A DNA stretch of 64,000 nt from positions 94,862,001 to 94,926,000 of the forward strand of contig NC_058368.1 in NCBI RefSeq assembly GCF_018350175.1. The letters run 5' to 3'. A program made the position numbers and the translations under genes. Positions within the stretch are counted from its first letter, which is position 1. Every line of letters begins with the position of its first letter. This DNA comes from Felis catus. Taxonomy: Eukaryota. Below are positions 25,000-38,511 of this stretch, piece by piece. Under the pieces are notes generated by a model, which was given only the letters and a program-made list of their open reading frames with translations, was not told where the DNA came from and made no database searches.

Positions 25000-25700
25000 G
25001 GCCATGATGTGAAAAAGTTGGAAAGCTTAGTTCTAGAGTATATACCCCGGAGTAAAATTTCTGAGTCAAAGAGTATATATTACTAGATATTGCCTCATTG
25101 CTCTCCAAATTAATTATATAATTTATTTTTGGAGTAGCATTAGAGTTCCCATTGCCAAATATTGATACTGTTAGACTTTAAAATTTTTGCCACTATATCA
25201 GGTACATGTTATCTCATTGTTACTGTATTTTGTGTGTTACCTTACTTACTAATGAGGTTGGGAATCTTTACATGTGTCTTTTTTTGGCAATTCCAATTGA
25301 TTATTGTGAATGGCTTGTTCCTGTCATCTGTCCACACATTTATACATTTTGCCTTGTTCTTATTGATTTGTAGAATTTCTTTATAAATTTGCAACCTTTT
25401 ATCAGCCATACGCATTGCAATATCTTGTCCTTGTCTTTGATTTGTCTTTTCAATTTATTTATGGTATTTTTGAACTATACAAGTTAAAAAATTTTTTAAG
25501 TTTTATTTATTTAAGTAATCTCTATAGTCTACATGGGGCTCAAACTCATGACCCCAGGATCAAGAGTCACATTCTCCTCTTACTAAGCCAGCCAGGTGCC
25601 CCTGAACTATACAAGTTTAAATTTTAATGCAATAAAATTTTATGAACTATACTTACTGTGACTTGTTTAAGAAATTATTTTGTATTCTAAAGTCATAACC
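25000..25700 (-). mobile_element. Old L1 3' fragment with a short reverse CanSINE (25489-25601)
   Basis: T-rich L1 reverse motifs (tatctcattgtt..., tcttattgatttgtagaa); SINE TSD tgaactatacaagtt. Confidence 0.65.
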
Positions 25701-26559
25701 ACATTCTCCTCGACCCAAATACTACTTCCTTAGGAAAGTCTTCTCCAGTCCCTCAAAATAGATGATGTTTCATTATATGCTCTTATGATACTGTTTTCTT
25801 TAATTGCACTTATCCCAGCGTAATTATACATTTATATATGCAATTGACAAAAAGTCTGACTCCTCCATTGCAAGGTAAGCCCCAGGAGGTCTCAGACCAT
25901 GTCTTATATTCTCTCTTTCATTGTAATATCTCCAGGGCTTACCATAGTTTCTGTCATATAATAGGTAACATTTATTAAGTCCTTATTATATGCAAGCATT
26001 ATTCTAGGACTTCACATGTACTTATTTAATAGGTATGACAGATACATAGACAGATACTATACTGTCCACATCTTAAAGATATAGAAACTGGGGCACAGAG
26101 AGGCTACGTGACATATTCACTGTCACACAACTAGTCGATACCCAAGTCAGAATTCATGCCCAAGGGTTCTAGCTCCACACCCTTTCCTCTCAACTGTTAA
26201 TGTATGTTCCTCAAAGGGTAGGAACTCAGCAAATGTTTACCGGATGAAATGAGTGGAAAAAGCCACAATTTTAGCATAGTTCTCTCAGAAATAGAAATAT
26301 CATTAAAAAAAAAAAAAGAAAACTGGTATATTTGAATAAGACACTACAAGCTGTATAGGTTATTTTTAACAGAATAACATATATTCTTTCAAATACTTAT
26401 GGAGCAGTAACAAAAATGCACTATCTACTATGATTCAAAGGAAATCTCAGCAAATATTAAGTAGTTGAAAGTATTTAAATAAATTTACTAGCCAAATGCA
26501 ATAATAGTATAAATTAACAACAAAAGGAGGGGGGAAGGGAAACACTTTATGTTGTTGTT

Positions 26560-27890
26560 GGTGTTCTTCTAAGTATAATTTATATAGTTAAAGTATTCAG
26601 TTGTGGAGCTCACAGAATTTTGATGTCCACCCCTCAGTAATCATCCAGCTGAAGATCTAGAACATTTCCATCACCCCAAAAAGATTCCTCCTGCCCCTTT
26701 CTGGTCATGCCCCCACCCAGAGACAATCACCGTTCTTGAACTTTATGTAAATGGTTCACATAGCAGATACTCTTTTGTATCTGGCTTCTTCCACTCAGCA
26801 TGTTTTTGAGATGCATCCCTGTTGTTTGTGGTACGTACGAACTGTTCATCCCTTATTTACTTACTCATTTTTTAAGTAGTATGTCTCTGTGCAGATATAT
26901 TACTGTGTGGTAATCCAGACTTCAGTGTGGGGTTATTGCACCTGCATAAAGCTAATAGAAACATTTAAAAAAAAAATTTAATGTTTATTTATTTTTGAGA
27001 CAGAGACAGATCGCGAGTGGGGGAGGGGCAGAGAGAAGGAGACACAGAATCCGAAGAGGACTCCGGGCTCTGGGCTGTCAGCAAAGAGCCCAATGCGGGG
27101 CTTGAACTCACAACCCATGAGACCGTGACCTGAGCCACAGTCAGACACTCAACCGACTGAGCCACCCAGGCGCCCCGAAACATTTTTGTACAAGGACTTT
27201 TCTGAATATGTGCCTTCATTTATTTGGGGCATGTACCTAGTAACAGAATCTCAGGCTTATCAGGTTGAGGTAAATTTCATTTTATTAGAAACTGCCACCA
27301 AACTACCACTCTTTTCCAAAGTGGTTGTGCCATTTTATACTTTTGTCAGCCACATACGAGAGGTTTTGCTCCTCTTTCTCACCAATATTTGATATTTTAA
27401 CATCATTTATTTATTTATTTATTCATTCATTTATTCATTTATTCATTCGTTCAATGTTTATTTTTTGAGAGAGAGAGAGACAGAGCATGAGCAGGGGAGA
27501 GGCAGAGAGAGAGGGAGACAGAGAATCCCAAGCAGGCTCCGCACTGCCATCACAGAGCGAAACGTGGGACTCAATCCCATGAACCCGTGAGATCATGACC
27601 TAAGCTTAAGTTGGACACTCACCTGACTGAGCCACCCAGGTGCCCTTGATATTTTCACATCTTTTAAATGGCAACCGTTTGGTGGATGGCAAGTGGTATC
27701 TCATTGTAGTTTGAATTTGCATTTCCCTGAAGACTGCTAATGTTGACTACCTTTTCACATGTTTTTTTAGCCATTCATATATCTTCTTGACGAGTTGCCT
27801 GTTCCAATGTTTATTTATTCATTTTGTAATGAGCTGTCTTTTCTGTATTGATGTGTAGGAGTTCTTTATATAGTCTAGATACAATTACTG
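26560..27890 (-). mobile_element. Old L1M 3' end (reverse) with two nested reverse SINEs (26975-27177, 27405-27646)
   Basis: tagaacatttccatcaccccaaaaagattcctc, ttttccaaagtggttgt.ccatttta, gtggtatctcattgtagtttgaatttgcatttccctga. Confidence 0.8.
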
Positions 27891-29200
27891 GGATATTTTA
27901 ACACAGACTTTTAAATAACTCCTAGATTGAAGAGAAAATTTTACTGAAATCACAAACAAGTTAGGAATAAACAAGAATGTGAGCACAGCATTAAAGAAAA
28001 AAATTTGTGGGATGCATGCAAAATAATAGGCAGAGAACATTTTACAGTTTGAAATAGTCTAATTAGATAATGAGGAGGTTTTTTTGGTTTTTGTTTTTTT
28101 ACTAAACTTATGAATCAAGAAGCTAGATAACAAATTGTAAGGTAATCCCCCCAAAAGTAGGAGAGAATAAACATGAGAAAATGCAGCAGTTAATGGAGTA
28201 AATGCAAAAAAAAGAAAAATGATCAAGGCTTTGATCGAGGCCAATTATTAATAAGGAGAAAATTGATGAAACATCAGAAATAAGAAAGGGTGTATATTCT
28301 GTTAGAAGATTTAAAACATAAAAACATACCATGCTCAACTTTTTAAAATAAATGTGCAAATGTGGATTTTAAAATGGTGATTTCCTGGCAAATATAAATT
28401 CTAAAATTGACTAAAGAGGTATAGTTATAGAAACATTTAAAAGTTAGGCAAAGTTAATCATAAAGCTCAGATCACCAAGAAACAGATAATTTGGGGGGTC
28501 TAGTACTTCTTTCTGAACCTAGAATAAACTTGGAAGCTTCTCATCTATGAGGCTTGTGTAACCATATAACAAGACTAAACAAAGATATCGAGGGGAAAGA
28601 AAATATAGATCAATCAAATTTATGAACAAGGACACCAAAATCCTAAATAAACAGTAGTAAATTAAATCCATCTGTGTCCTAAAAGAATAATATGTCTTAA
28701 CAAAGCAGGGCTTATCCCTGGAATGCCAGGATATTTCAACATGAAGAAATCTATTAATGTAATTCATTTGATCAAGAATTACGAGAAAAATCATAACGTC
28801 ATCTCAATAGATTCAGAAAAACTGTTTTAATGAGCTCAGCAAAGACCCATTTGTGACGTAAAAAAAAACACTTAACAAAACAGAATTAAAATAAAACAGC
28901 CTCATTTTCATAAAGGAACGAAACCCCTCTACAAACCTGATCTTCAGCGGTGAGTCACCTGTTTGAAATCAGAAACAAAGACGAACACTGTTATTATTCA
29001 ACATCCGAGCTAATGGAATAAAACGGTATAAAATAACAAAACGTATTAGTATTGAAAACGGAAAGACAAAACTGTTTTTACTTGCAGACTGTATAATTGT
29101 CTCTTTGGAAAATCCTTCTCAATCAACCGCAAAATGATCTGAACTAGTAAGAGAATTTCAGTAAGTTGGCCAGATACTACACCCCATTCATAAGCAATTG
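27890..29200 (+). mobile_element. Ancient L1 ORF2 fragment
   Basis: aaatatagatcaatc..tttatgaaca..gac.ccaaaatcctaaataaa, ttatccctggaatgcca.ggat.tttcaacat..gaaatctattaatgtaattca, atctcaatagattcagaaaa: degraded L1 RT region. Confidence 0.8.
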
Positions 29201-32200
29201 CAATATCGGGAACGCTAAACTAAAAAATGTGTAAGGACTAAACGGGTGGGGGGCGGGACACCGGAAACATTTCTCATAGATTGCAAGAAACTTAGGAAGT
29301 TTTAGGAATTATTTGGGGACCAATCTGGGTGAAACGTGTCCACATTGGAACACTTGACTGATGACTACCCATGACGATGACCATAGGTTTACTTTCTCTC
29401 ATGGAGATTTCCCGAAATTTAAATCCCCGATTCCATGCACCTGTCAAACAAAATGAGATCTTATTTTAGCCCCTTACCCTGATGACCCCAAGCTGTGGGT
29501 TTATTTGTCTGCTCTTCAATTTGGTGTGTAGGTTTTGCAGAACGGAAAGCTAATGCTCAGAATGACCTCTGGCCATTGACTGACTTGCTCGGTTGGAGCA
29601 AGTCATACAATCGTTGTGGCTTCTAGAAAGAAAGAAAGTGGGTTGGAGGGGTGAAGGCTGGTGTTGGGGCAGCAGGCAAAGACTGGAATTTGGTAACAAC
29701 AGTGATCATGGAGTTAATGTTATCAAAGAAGACAGGAAGGGGGGGTTGAGAGGAATATCTGGGTATGCTGGGATATTTTCTGTCTTTTGAGTCAGGCTGG
29801 CATCAACAATGGCAGCTTTCAAGCTCTCGTGGGTTTATAGGCATGGACCACATATTTGAAACTGGCTTGCACACTCATCACGGCGTAATCCTCATGTCCC
29901 ACCTGGGGTCCACAAGACATCAGGATGCACCTTGAGGGTCAGTTTTCACAAGGGCTTTAGAGCTTGAGGGAAAAACAGTGAAAAAGACTTAGATGTTTAA
30001 GGTTCTTGGAACACTGATAATCAAGTAGCCTAAGTAAAGACAGGAGACGAATACCCGCCCCAAACTTTGGGAAATACAGGTGACAGGATAGAAAGGTTTC
30101 CCAAGGAGTTTGCAGCTTTTCTTGAGGCAAGGGGCAGTCATATAAACCTATACCTTCTGAGGGCTGGGGTGCCCTGAAAAAAAATCAGGGCAAACTAAAA
30201 CAATTGACCAACTTCGCTGCTGATTCCAAAGAGAAATGATCAAACACATGGTCACAGGGTCGTTTCTCCGTGCTTGTTTCGTCATCCTTTGGTTTGTCCA
30301 GAGAATGTAGAGGGTGTACCTATCAGGTTCCAGTCCCGGGAACACAGTGTAGGCTGCTGATTCTAGAAATAAGGTCCCATCAGGAATAGTTACAGCTGCA
30401 TCGGGGACCTGCCTCTTTTCTCAACCACCTTTGTCTGCACGGATAATGGAGACTGTGTGGCTAGGTGATTTCCAGCTGCAGATGTGAGTCTAGGACAGCA
30501 CTGGCTGATCATTGCCCCTCTCTCAACTCTACTACCCTGGAGAGCAAAGCAGACAGCCTACTCCAGGCCCATTTTGACATTTGGCAGATAACAGAGGCAG
30601 TAGCAGGAGTGAGGGAGGTAGTTTTCTGGTTTTAGGATAAGAGCAACGGAATGTCCTATTTGGCCAAACTTGAGAGAAGCTGGCCAGTTCTGGAGCAGGT
30701 GGGCTGTTCATTTTTCTCCTTTACAAGGAAATGAGGTTTTGTGTTCCCTTCTGCAAATCCCACCTCCCCACACCTGGTCAGGTGTAGCCAGCAGTCCTGC
30801 CTGACACCCAGGCAACGTTCTTTTGGGACAAAGGCAAGCCAGGCGTGATCTCTGCTCCACGTCAGGTTTTGCATCTGATCTCAAGTTCAAGATCTCAAGT
30901 CTCATCTCTACTTAGCTCTGCCTTCAGTCAAGTTAGGATAATGACATGCATTGTCTTTCCTTGAAGGTACCTTGCATCCTATGGGGACGGAGACTGAATA
31001 CTTCAGTTTCAGAACAGGACGAGGTTCATGTGACAGAAGGAAGCGCCCATGAATCAGCTGTCCAGACTCCTTTTAGGTGAACCGGAACCCCCACAGCCAC
31101 AGCCTCTCAAGTGGAGATTTTAAAGCAGTAACGTCCAAGCACTCAGACAGGTATTTTAAGGCCACAATTTAAAATTATAATCTTATTAAAAAACCAACAG
31201 GTTTGGCTGTAATGAGATTTTTTTTTTTTTCGTTCGACCCTCAATGTTCCTGCTTCACCTTCTCCTTGGAATATAAATTGTCAGACTGTTCATGGGTTTT
31301 GACATAAGGTTCATTTGGCTCCAGCCACTCTGAAAAAAGGGAGATTGTTTTTGTGTTTGGTTGGTTTTTTTTTTTTTTTAATTTTGTTTCTTTTGCTTTT
31401 AAATTCTACATTCTCTAGGACATGTACTTGAGTGGCATTCAGTATACATATTTGCAAGACTTAAAAATGAAATATCCCCTAATGCAAAGGAAGGCCACAA
31501 GCTGACATTCCCTGAGTTTGCCAAATTTTGTTCCAGAGGTTGGTGACCTTCTGTTTCAAAACAGGAAAGAAGTGAAATCGTGGGGAGTCACCTACACACA
31601 GGCTTTGCCAGATAATTATTCAGCTGACAGTTCAGGGAGCTTAACAAACTCTGCTCTGTGGTCTCTGAAGACTGAATTCGTTATACCTGAAACAAGAAAA
31701 AAAAATTCCCATTGGGATTTTCAGATCTTAGTGCTTTCTTTAAATATGTGGTTTACCTGTTTAAGGACTTGGCAAAGAAAATAAAAAACGCCTTTCTTAA
31801 CAGTTACATCTCAGGCTTTAATTATTCCTATTTTTGATCTTGTAGCTGTAGCTCTAGAATTAAATAGTCCTCCTTTAATGTGGGTAGGTGCTTAAAAAAA
31901 AGCCTTTCAACTTGTAGTCTTAAAAAAAATTTTTTTTTTCTTGCATGAACAGCTTGGGTGGGGAGAGAATTAAAGTGCCAGCTATGGCCTTTTTGTTTTA
32001 CTGGGAAGCTAATGGGCAATGATTTGGAAATGCCCGGGGTATACGTTGTGGCACCCGGATGGGGGGTGGGGTGGGGTGTGAGCAGGGTGCAGAGTCTGGT
32101 TCAAAGCGGAGGTAGCTCCCTCCCCGCCCCCACCCCACCCTCCTCCCCCTGTGTCTGTGGCCAGCACTTTCTGGGAAGATGACTTTGCCCCCAAGCTGCT

Positions 32201-32360
32201 ATCAGGGCTGTGAGGATTGGGGTCTGGGTAGGGATAGGATGTGGGGTAGGGTTTGGGAACATTATTTCCACTTTTACCCAAGTGGCCAAAAAAGACAGGT
32301 TTACCTGTGAGAATTCTTCATTAATTCTACTCCTCTTGTTGTTGAAGATTTTATTGTTTA

Positions 32361-32566
32361 ATTTTTTTTAAGGTTTATTTATTTTTGAGAGAGAGAGACA
32401 GAGTGTAAGCCAGGGAGGGGCAGATAGAGGGAGACAGAATCTGAAGCAGGCTCCAGGTTCTGAGCCATCAGCACAGCGCCTGACGCAGGGCTCAAACTCA
32501 CGGACCACGAGATCATGACCTAAGCCGGAGTCAGACGCTTAAACAACTGAGCCACCCAGGTGCCCC
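32361..32566 (-). mobile_element. SINEC_Fc-type SINE
   Basis: TSD cttgttgttgaaga. Confidence 0.93.
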
Positions 32567-33660
32567 TTGTTGTTGAAGACATTAAAAAGATGGCTCTTCA
32601 GGATAAATATTCAGAAGAACCAAACCATCCTGCATTTAGGGAGAGCGAGAACAGGCATAACTGCCTTTTTCTTCCCCATCTCGCACCATGGTGTGGGGTT
32701 AAGCATGACAGTGGTGAGGTTGACGTGTTTGGGTAGTTTGAGTTTTTTAAAAAAAATTATCTATGTCTTTTTGTAAAATATAGATCTCTATTTCTCTCTA
32801 TGTAACTGGGGAGGGTGGATCTACAGAAATAAACAGAAAGTTCCGGAAGAAGAGGAACCATCCCAAGAACAGGAAGGACTGAGCTGCCCTAGGATCATGA
32901 TAAACAAAGAAGAGTCCAACTGTGTTTTGCAACACAATGGATTCACTCAGCGTCCTGGTGGAGAGCTGACTGGACAGTCTCTGCTCCCTTCCTCCTATGA
33001 GATGATACCTCCTCACAACGCCACTAATTACAAGGTGTCACTGAGGCATAAGAACACAATAACAAGAAGCCAGCAGTAATACAGTGTTTAGACTCTGACA
33101 ACCACTTTACCTGCATAAACTCACTCAGTCCTCAGGACAGCTGTATAAAAGGAGGAGCTATTATTACCTTTTTTTTTTTTTTTTTAACAGGTGCAGAACA
33201 GGAGACACAGAGAGATTGGGTAACTTGGCTAATGTCACATATGTAGGAAGCAGCATTGAAATTCAGGTAGTGTGAGACCAGGGTCCTTGCTATGAATGAC
33301 TGAACGTTGAATAGTAAAAACAAAACAAAGAAACAGTGAAGGCCAGGTTGGAAGTGCTGTGACCAAGACTTGATGGGACATCAGATGGGGGAGCAGAGCA
33401 GAGTTCCACTGGAGAACTCAGAGATCCTCAGGAGAAGGACAGGAGGAGGAGGAGGCTTTTCTGTGTATCTTATCAGAGCCACAACCCGGAGTCATGCCGT
33501 CCCTACCACATTCCAGCTGGATGTGGACTCTGTCTAGGGGCTGGCGATCTTTAGTAGGACTCAGGTGCTGAAGGTCCCCGTTCTGTTGCCTCCAGCCTGC
33601 TCCCCACCCCCACCCCCACCCTGGGTGCGGGGAAGGGTGACTATCCGTGGGAGATGGGGA

Positions 33661-33680
33661 AGTGCTCCCCCTGCCGGTGG
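33661..33680 (-). promoter_or_regulatory. Candidate CTCF site
   Basis: Minus strand CCACCGGCAGGGGGAGCACT, close to the core CCASYAGRKGGCRS. Confidence 0.45.
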
Positions 33681-34519
33681 CGGATTTGCAGGCTCAGGGC
33701 TGTACTGGCGCAGTCCAAGTAGGTAGACTTGCTGCAAGTTGGGAGTCCAGTCCGGCGGGCGGATGAGCCAGCTGCCTGCTTTTGGTTGCCAGTTGATGGA
33801 GAGATACCAAATGGTTAATGCAGTTGCCTACCAGCCATCAACGGGTCTGGGAGAGAAGCTGAGTAGACTCGGCACCGACAAATACTGAGCTGTAGAACAC
33901 TGTCTCCGCCATGACCCTAGGGAGGGATCATTGCCAGGCTTTTACCTTCTCCTCCTCATAAAGAAGGAGGTGTGGTCTTGGAGAAGTCCGACTTGTCCAC
34001 AGCTGGCAAATGGCAGAGGCAGAATGAGTGAACCCCTGACCGCGCCCTTGATCCCTTGGTTCAGCCTCGGGTGCCACACTAAGACTCTGGGTATTATTCC
34101 TCTTTTTATGAAATGATGCAACTTCTTCCTTTCTAATCGAGCCTGGGTGCGTTTGAATGCCCAAACCTCAACTAAAAGTTATGGAACTCTAATGAACATA
34201 GGTGCAACTGAAATTATCGAGGCTGGAAGGAGGGTGACAAAAATGACTAATTTCTCACCTTTATCTACGGAAAGCAGAGGTGGCGCTTCTGGACTGAGTG
34301 AAGTCACAGGTGCAAAAATCAGAGCTGTCGGCTCAGACCCAATGAACCACTTCGTGCTCACCACAGATCGGAAGGTTCATCAGCCCCCGTTCCTTCTCCT
34401 AGATGAGACAGGGAGGTCATATCAAATTTAACTCCTGTGATGCCCTGTCTTCAGGAGACTTTGGGCGAACACAGAAGGGTTTGGGGGATCCTTGGGACAC
34501 AACAAAACATGAGCTACAT

Positions 34520-34690
34520 GCTACTAAACACTTCCTACACACCAAGTACTTGGCATAAACTCTCTCACTGAATTGGTGCACCAACCTTATGAAGTGCAGA
34601 CTGTTTTTAAGCCCATTTTACAGATAAGGAGATTAAAGCCTTAGTAGATGAAGTCACTTGTCCCAACTTTGTGGCCCCAGAGCCCAAGGC
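34520..34690 (-). mobile_element. MIR fragment
   Basis: cccattttacagataagga...gaagtcacttgtcccaa. Confidence 0.7.
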
Positions 34691-36565
34691 AGTAACCATT
34701 AGGAATATTCTCTGTCCCAGTCTGATTACAGTAGATAGATCACACACACCTGTTGCAGTGGGTTGATTTTTGGGGTCTGAGAGGAAACCCGGTTCTACCC
34801 TATTTTACAGGCCCCTGACCCCTTGGCCAGTGAGGCTGTGGGAGTCCTGAAGAGGGAGGTCACCCAGCTCTAAGAGGAAGGACGCATCTCATCCTTTTCC
34901 CACACAAAACCTCCCATTGCCTTACCTCCAAATGGATTTGGAAGAACTTCTGGATTTGACCTGGGATGAAGGGTCTGAGAGACACTAAAAGGGGTCTTCA
35001 TGGCTACATAATCTCAGTTCTGGTCAGGGAGTTCCCAGTGTGGGAGGAATATGTCTTTAAATGCCAGATCTGAGTGATGGGCTAGAACCTTCAAGATCTT
35101 TCTATATCAAGAAAAGTAGTTTGTGAACCACAACTAGGACTACATATGGAGGATGATTATCCCAGGTGGAGTTTCCCTCAGAGGGCAAAACTGTAATACA
35201 GAGCTTGGGATTTTCTCAAAGGTATCTTCCTCCATCACTTGCCTTGAGTTGAGGGCTCAAAGTAAGACAGGTAGCCTCTAAATTTACTCTCCACATGATG
35301 GAGCAGGTTTTGGAAGTGAGGTCATCTCTGAAGATAGGCCATTTTAGACATTAATACAGTCTCTCCATTTTGCAGCCAAGGAAAATGGGACCAAGCTTTC
35401 TCAAAGTCGTTCCCTGACTGGCAAGGCTGAGGCTAGAACCCATGTCTCTTGACCAAACGAGTCCAAATCCCAAGACCTGTTTCTGTCCAATGGCTCACTG
35501 ATGCCTTTGAGTACTTGAGGCTTTTGTCTAGCTTGGCATGTGGACAAATCCCCCCTCAAGATCCCTCTTCTCCAGAAGAAAATGTGATATTCAGGCTGGT
35601 ATAATCTTAAACACTTATGTTTAGGATCTCATAGGTGGACATTTAAACATCCAATTCCCTGCTTCCATGAGAACAAAATAGAATCTTGTTGCAAATCTGC
35701 CCAAAATACTTGTGATCACACCCATGCCTTTGTCAGTAGAGGTTGATGGGCAAGCCAAACATTTTTACACGAGTCAAGATCCTGAAACATCTCAAGGTCC
35801 TGGTCCTAGAGATCTCTAATGTGTAGCTGCTGAGACATAACCTAGTCTGACATTTTTTATTTGTATTTTTATTGTTTTTGGTTTATGTTTATAAAAGTAA
35901 CAGTTAAATGTCTGGTTAATTGAGAAGTTATGGTTAGCTGACTTCTGGTTAGCTGAGGTTTTTAAATATTATATAACCTGCTCTACCTGGGTCCTCCCAG
36001 CCTCCTCAAACAGGCTGTAATGAATATGTAATGGCATAGAAGCTTCTCGACACTTGTTAAAATACTGTGCATTCTTCCTCTCCTAGAGTGTGTTCATTAT
36101 AGATACAACAGGAAAAAAGATAAAACGCCTGAGTGACTGACACCCAGTTTGGAATGTGAATCTCTCATCTTGGGTCAGTGTCCACAAGGCTCAAGGAACC
36201 AGGCAGAATAGGGCTTTGACCTCTTAGGCCACATGTGCTGGGGTGCCAGTGTTGCTGGTCTTTTCCAGAGGGGGGACATGAAAGCTGCCTGCCGTGACTT
36301 CAGTTTTTCACGTCTCCAAAGGGACAGCCCTCCTAGCAGGAGAGATCAGACTCCCCTCTCTCTCCCTCTGAGGCAGTCAGGTTACTCAATAATCTGTATA
36401 AATTACAGATTATAATATACAATATAATATACAATAATCTGTATAAATTACAGCCAATGCCTTTGGCTGCCTGATCACCTTCCCTGGATCTGGTGATCGC
36501 CTTGTAGATCAGAATTCTTTTTCCTCCTTCCTTTAATCAGATAGAACAGCAACAATTAAATGTGT

Positions 36566-36770
36566 TCTTTTTTAGATTTTTTTTTTGATAGACGAGAGAG
36601 TGAGAGCAGGGGAGGGGGAGACAGAGGGGGAGACAGAGAATCCCAAGTTGGCCCTGTGTAGTCAGCACACAGAGCCCGACGCGGGGCTCGAACTCACAAA
36701 ACTGTGAGATTATGATGTGAGCCAAAATTAAGAATCGGATGCTTAACCAACTGAGCCCCCAGGCACCCCT
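36566..36770 (-). mobile_element. CanSINE
   Basis: TSD ttaaatgtgt. Confidence 0.9.
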
Positions 36771-37241
36771 TAAATGTGTACTTAATATAATCACCCTTTC
36801 TTTTTTGGGCCCTGGGAAAGCTAGTCTCCCTAGGGTGTCTGTTGTCCTGTTTTCCAGGTTTATCTTCAGGGAAGGGATAGAGACTTCTTGAAGCTAGCCA
36901 AAGTGAAGGGGAATTAATGTTAAGGTATATGTGCAACAATGAGGAAGTCCGAAACCTAGGACAGAAAACAGAGGTACAGAACGGTCATCTGGAAATGGAA
37001 CAGAAGGATTCAAGGGGGCTTCTGTGGGGTCCTCCTCAAATACTGCACCATCAGGACAAAATACCTACCTGCTGTGTCTCTTTCTTGCTCACTCACAACC
37101 ATCAGTGGCTCCTTGTGTTTGCCCACTGCCCCAACTCACCCTTACCTTTGGCTTCTTTCGTTCTAAATTTACTTCATGACTCTTCAGAAACAATTTCTCC
37201 TCCCAATGGGAAATTCTCTTATTCATGGCTCAGCTTCAAGG

Positions 37242-37247
<6 letters not shown>

Positions 37248-37294
<47 letters not shown>
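37248..37294. repeat. (GA)n microsatellite
   Basis: Direct reading. Confidence 0.97.
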
Positions 37295-37298
<4 letters not shown>

Positions 37299-38302
37299 TA
37301 ATAGGTTCAATGTTTTCTCCTCCACTTACGTATTTTCTTAGAAACCATATGGCTCCTAAGTCATTGGAAAGGTGTCCATTGGTTCTTTTTATGGGTTAGG
37401 CCCCCAGCCCTTGACCCGATGAGCTGCATGGGAGGGATCTAGATGGAGAAGCAGCAAGGGCTTTACATGGGTCAGTTTCCCTCTGAACAGAGTATCCACC
37501 AGGATGACCAGCATTTGAGAGTCTTTTTAGAGGAACCATAATCTATCCATAAATGGTCGCTTCCATGGAAGACTTGGTTCCACTGGAGACTGGAAAAAAA
37601 ATGGGAGAAAGTGAGATGTGTATCTGTGGCTCACAGTCCAACGCACATTTTTCAATTGGAGGACAGAGCTGTGGGCGACCTGGCTATTTCCGAGTGGAAT
37701 GGCAGAGACACACCCACAGCCACCGTGCCTACCCTGTGCCCAAAGCTTCACCTCCCGCTCCGGAATCAAGACCCTGCCTTTGTCACCGGTATGCACATGC
37801 GCACACCGTCACGAGGGGGCAAGACAATATGGGGGCTTTGGGAAGGTGTGAGGATGCCCTACAGTCACGATGGGTGTTCTCCTGTTGCCCCTCTCTTGTT
37901 GGCCCGAGCCGAGCAGCTGGCAACAGCTCTTGCCCTTTCAGACAGAAATGCCTACAGAGATGCTATTGTTTCCCTTAGGTGACAAATGCCACAGGCCTGC
38001 GCCGGCCAAGCCATCCTGGAGCCCAGCTGCTTCCGCACTGCCACCACATGAGAAGGGTGCTTTGTTTTAATTGTCACATTTGTTGTTTGAAAGGATGCTC
38101 TTCAACCACGGAATTCTCGGGTGACCTTTCCGTAGGAATCACATGCAAATGTCCCAGTGGAAGGTCGTGATTGGTCTTCAAAGGTCATCTCCATTCGTCT
38201 AGACGGTTGTCTTCACAAAAGAAGGAAGTTCAGGTAAGGAGCCCAGAACCAGAGAGCACCAGAGGAGAAAGGTCATCTGGTCTACCCTGTTCTGTCGGCT
38301 GG

Positions 38303-38322
38303 GCCCCACCTGCAGGTGGCAC
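38303..38322 (+). promoter_or_regulatory. Candidate CTCF site, palindromic
   Basis: CCTGCAGGTGGCAC at 38309-38322, overlapping the palindrome ccacctgcaggtgg (38306-38319). Confidence 0.5.
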
Positions 38323-38511
38323 ATCCGTTTGCTTTTGGCCTCCCACGGTTCACCGTAGCCTAGAATAGCCCTGCTGGCTTAGACGCCATCCCAAAGCTTC
38401 CCCAAACAGGTGCTCTTTGAACAGACGTTATGCATCCTCCAGTTGCCCGGAGATAAGCCGTGTGCGGGAGGAATCTCTCTTCTGAGCAACTGAGGTTGTG
38501 TTGATAGGTTC

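Noticed and set aside
29818..29903. Possible minus-strand terminal exon VGHEDYAVMSVQASFKYVVHAYKPTRA*
   Set aside because: Weak polypyrimidine tract, no compatible upstream exon found, peptide not recognised.
30320..30410. Protein-like minus-strand peptide VPDAAVTIPDGTLFLESAAYTVFPGLEPDR
   Set aside because: Purine-rich acceptor context, in-frame stop just upstream, weak donor.
34271..34288. CTCF-like agcagaggtggcgct
   Set aside because: Lacks the conserved 5' CC of the core; too weak.
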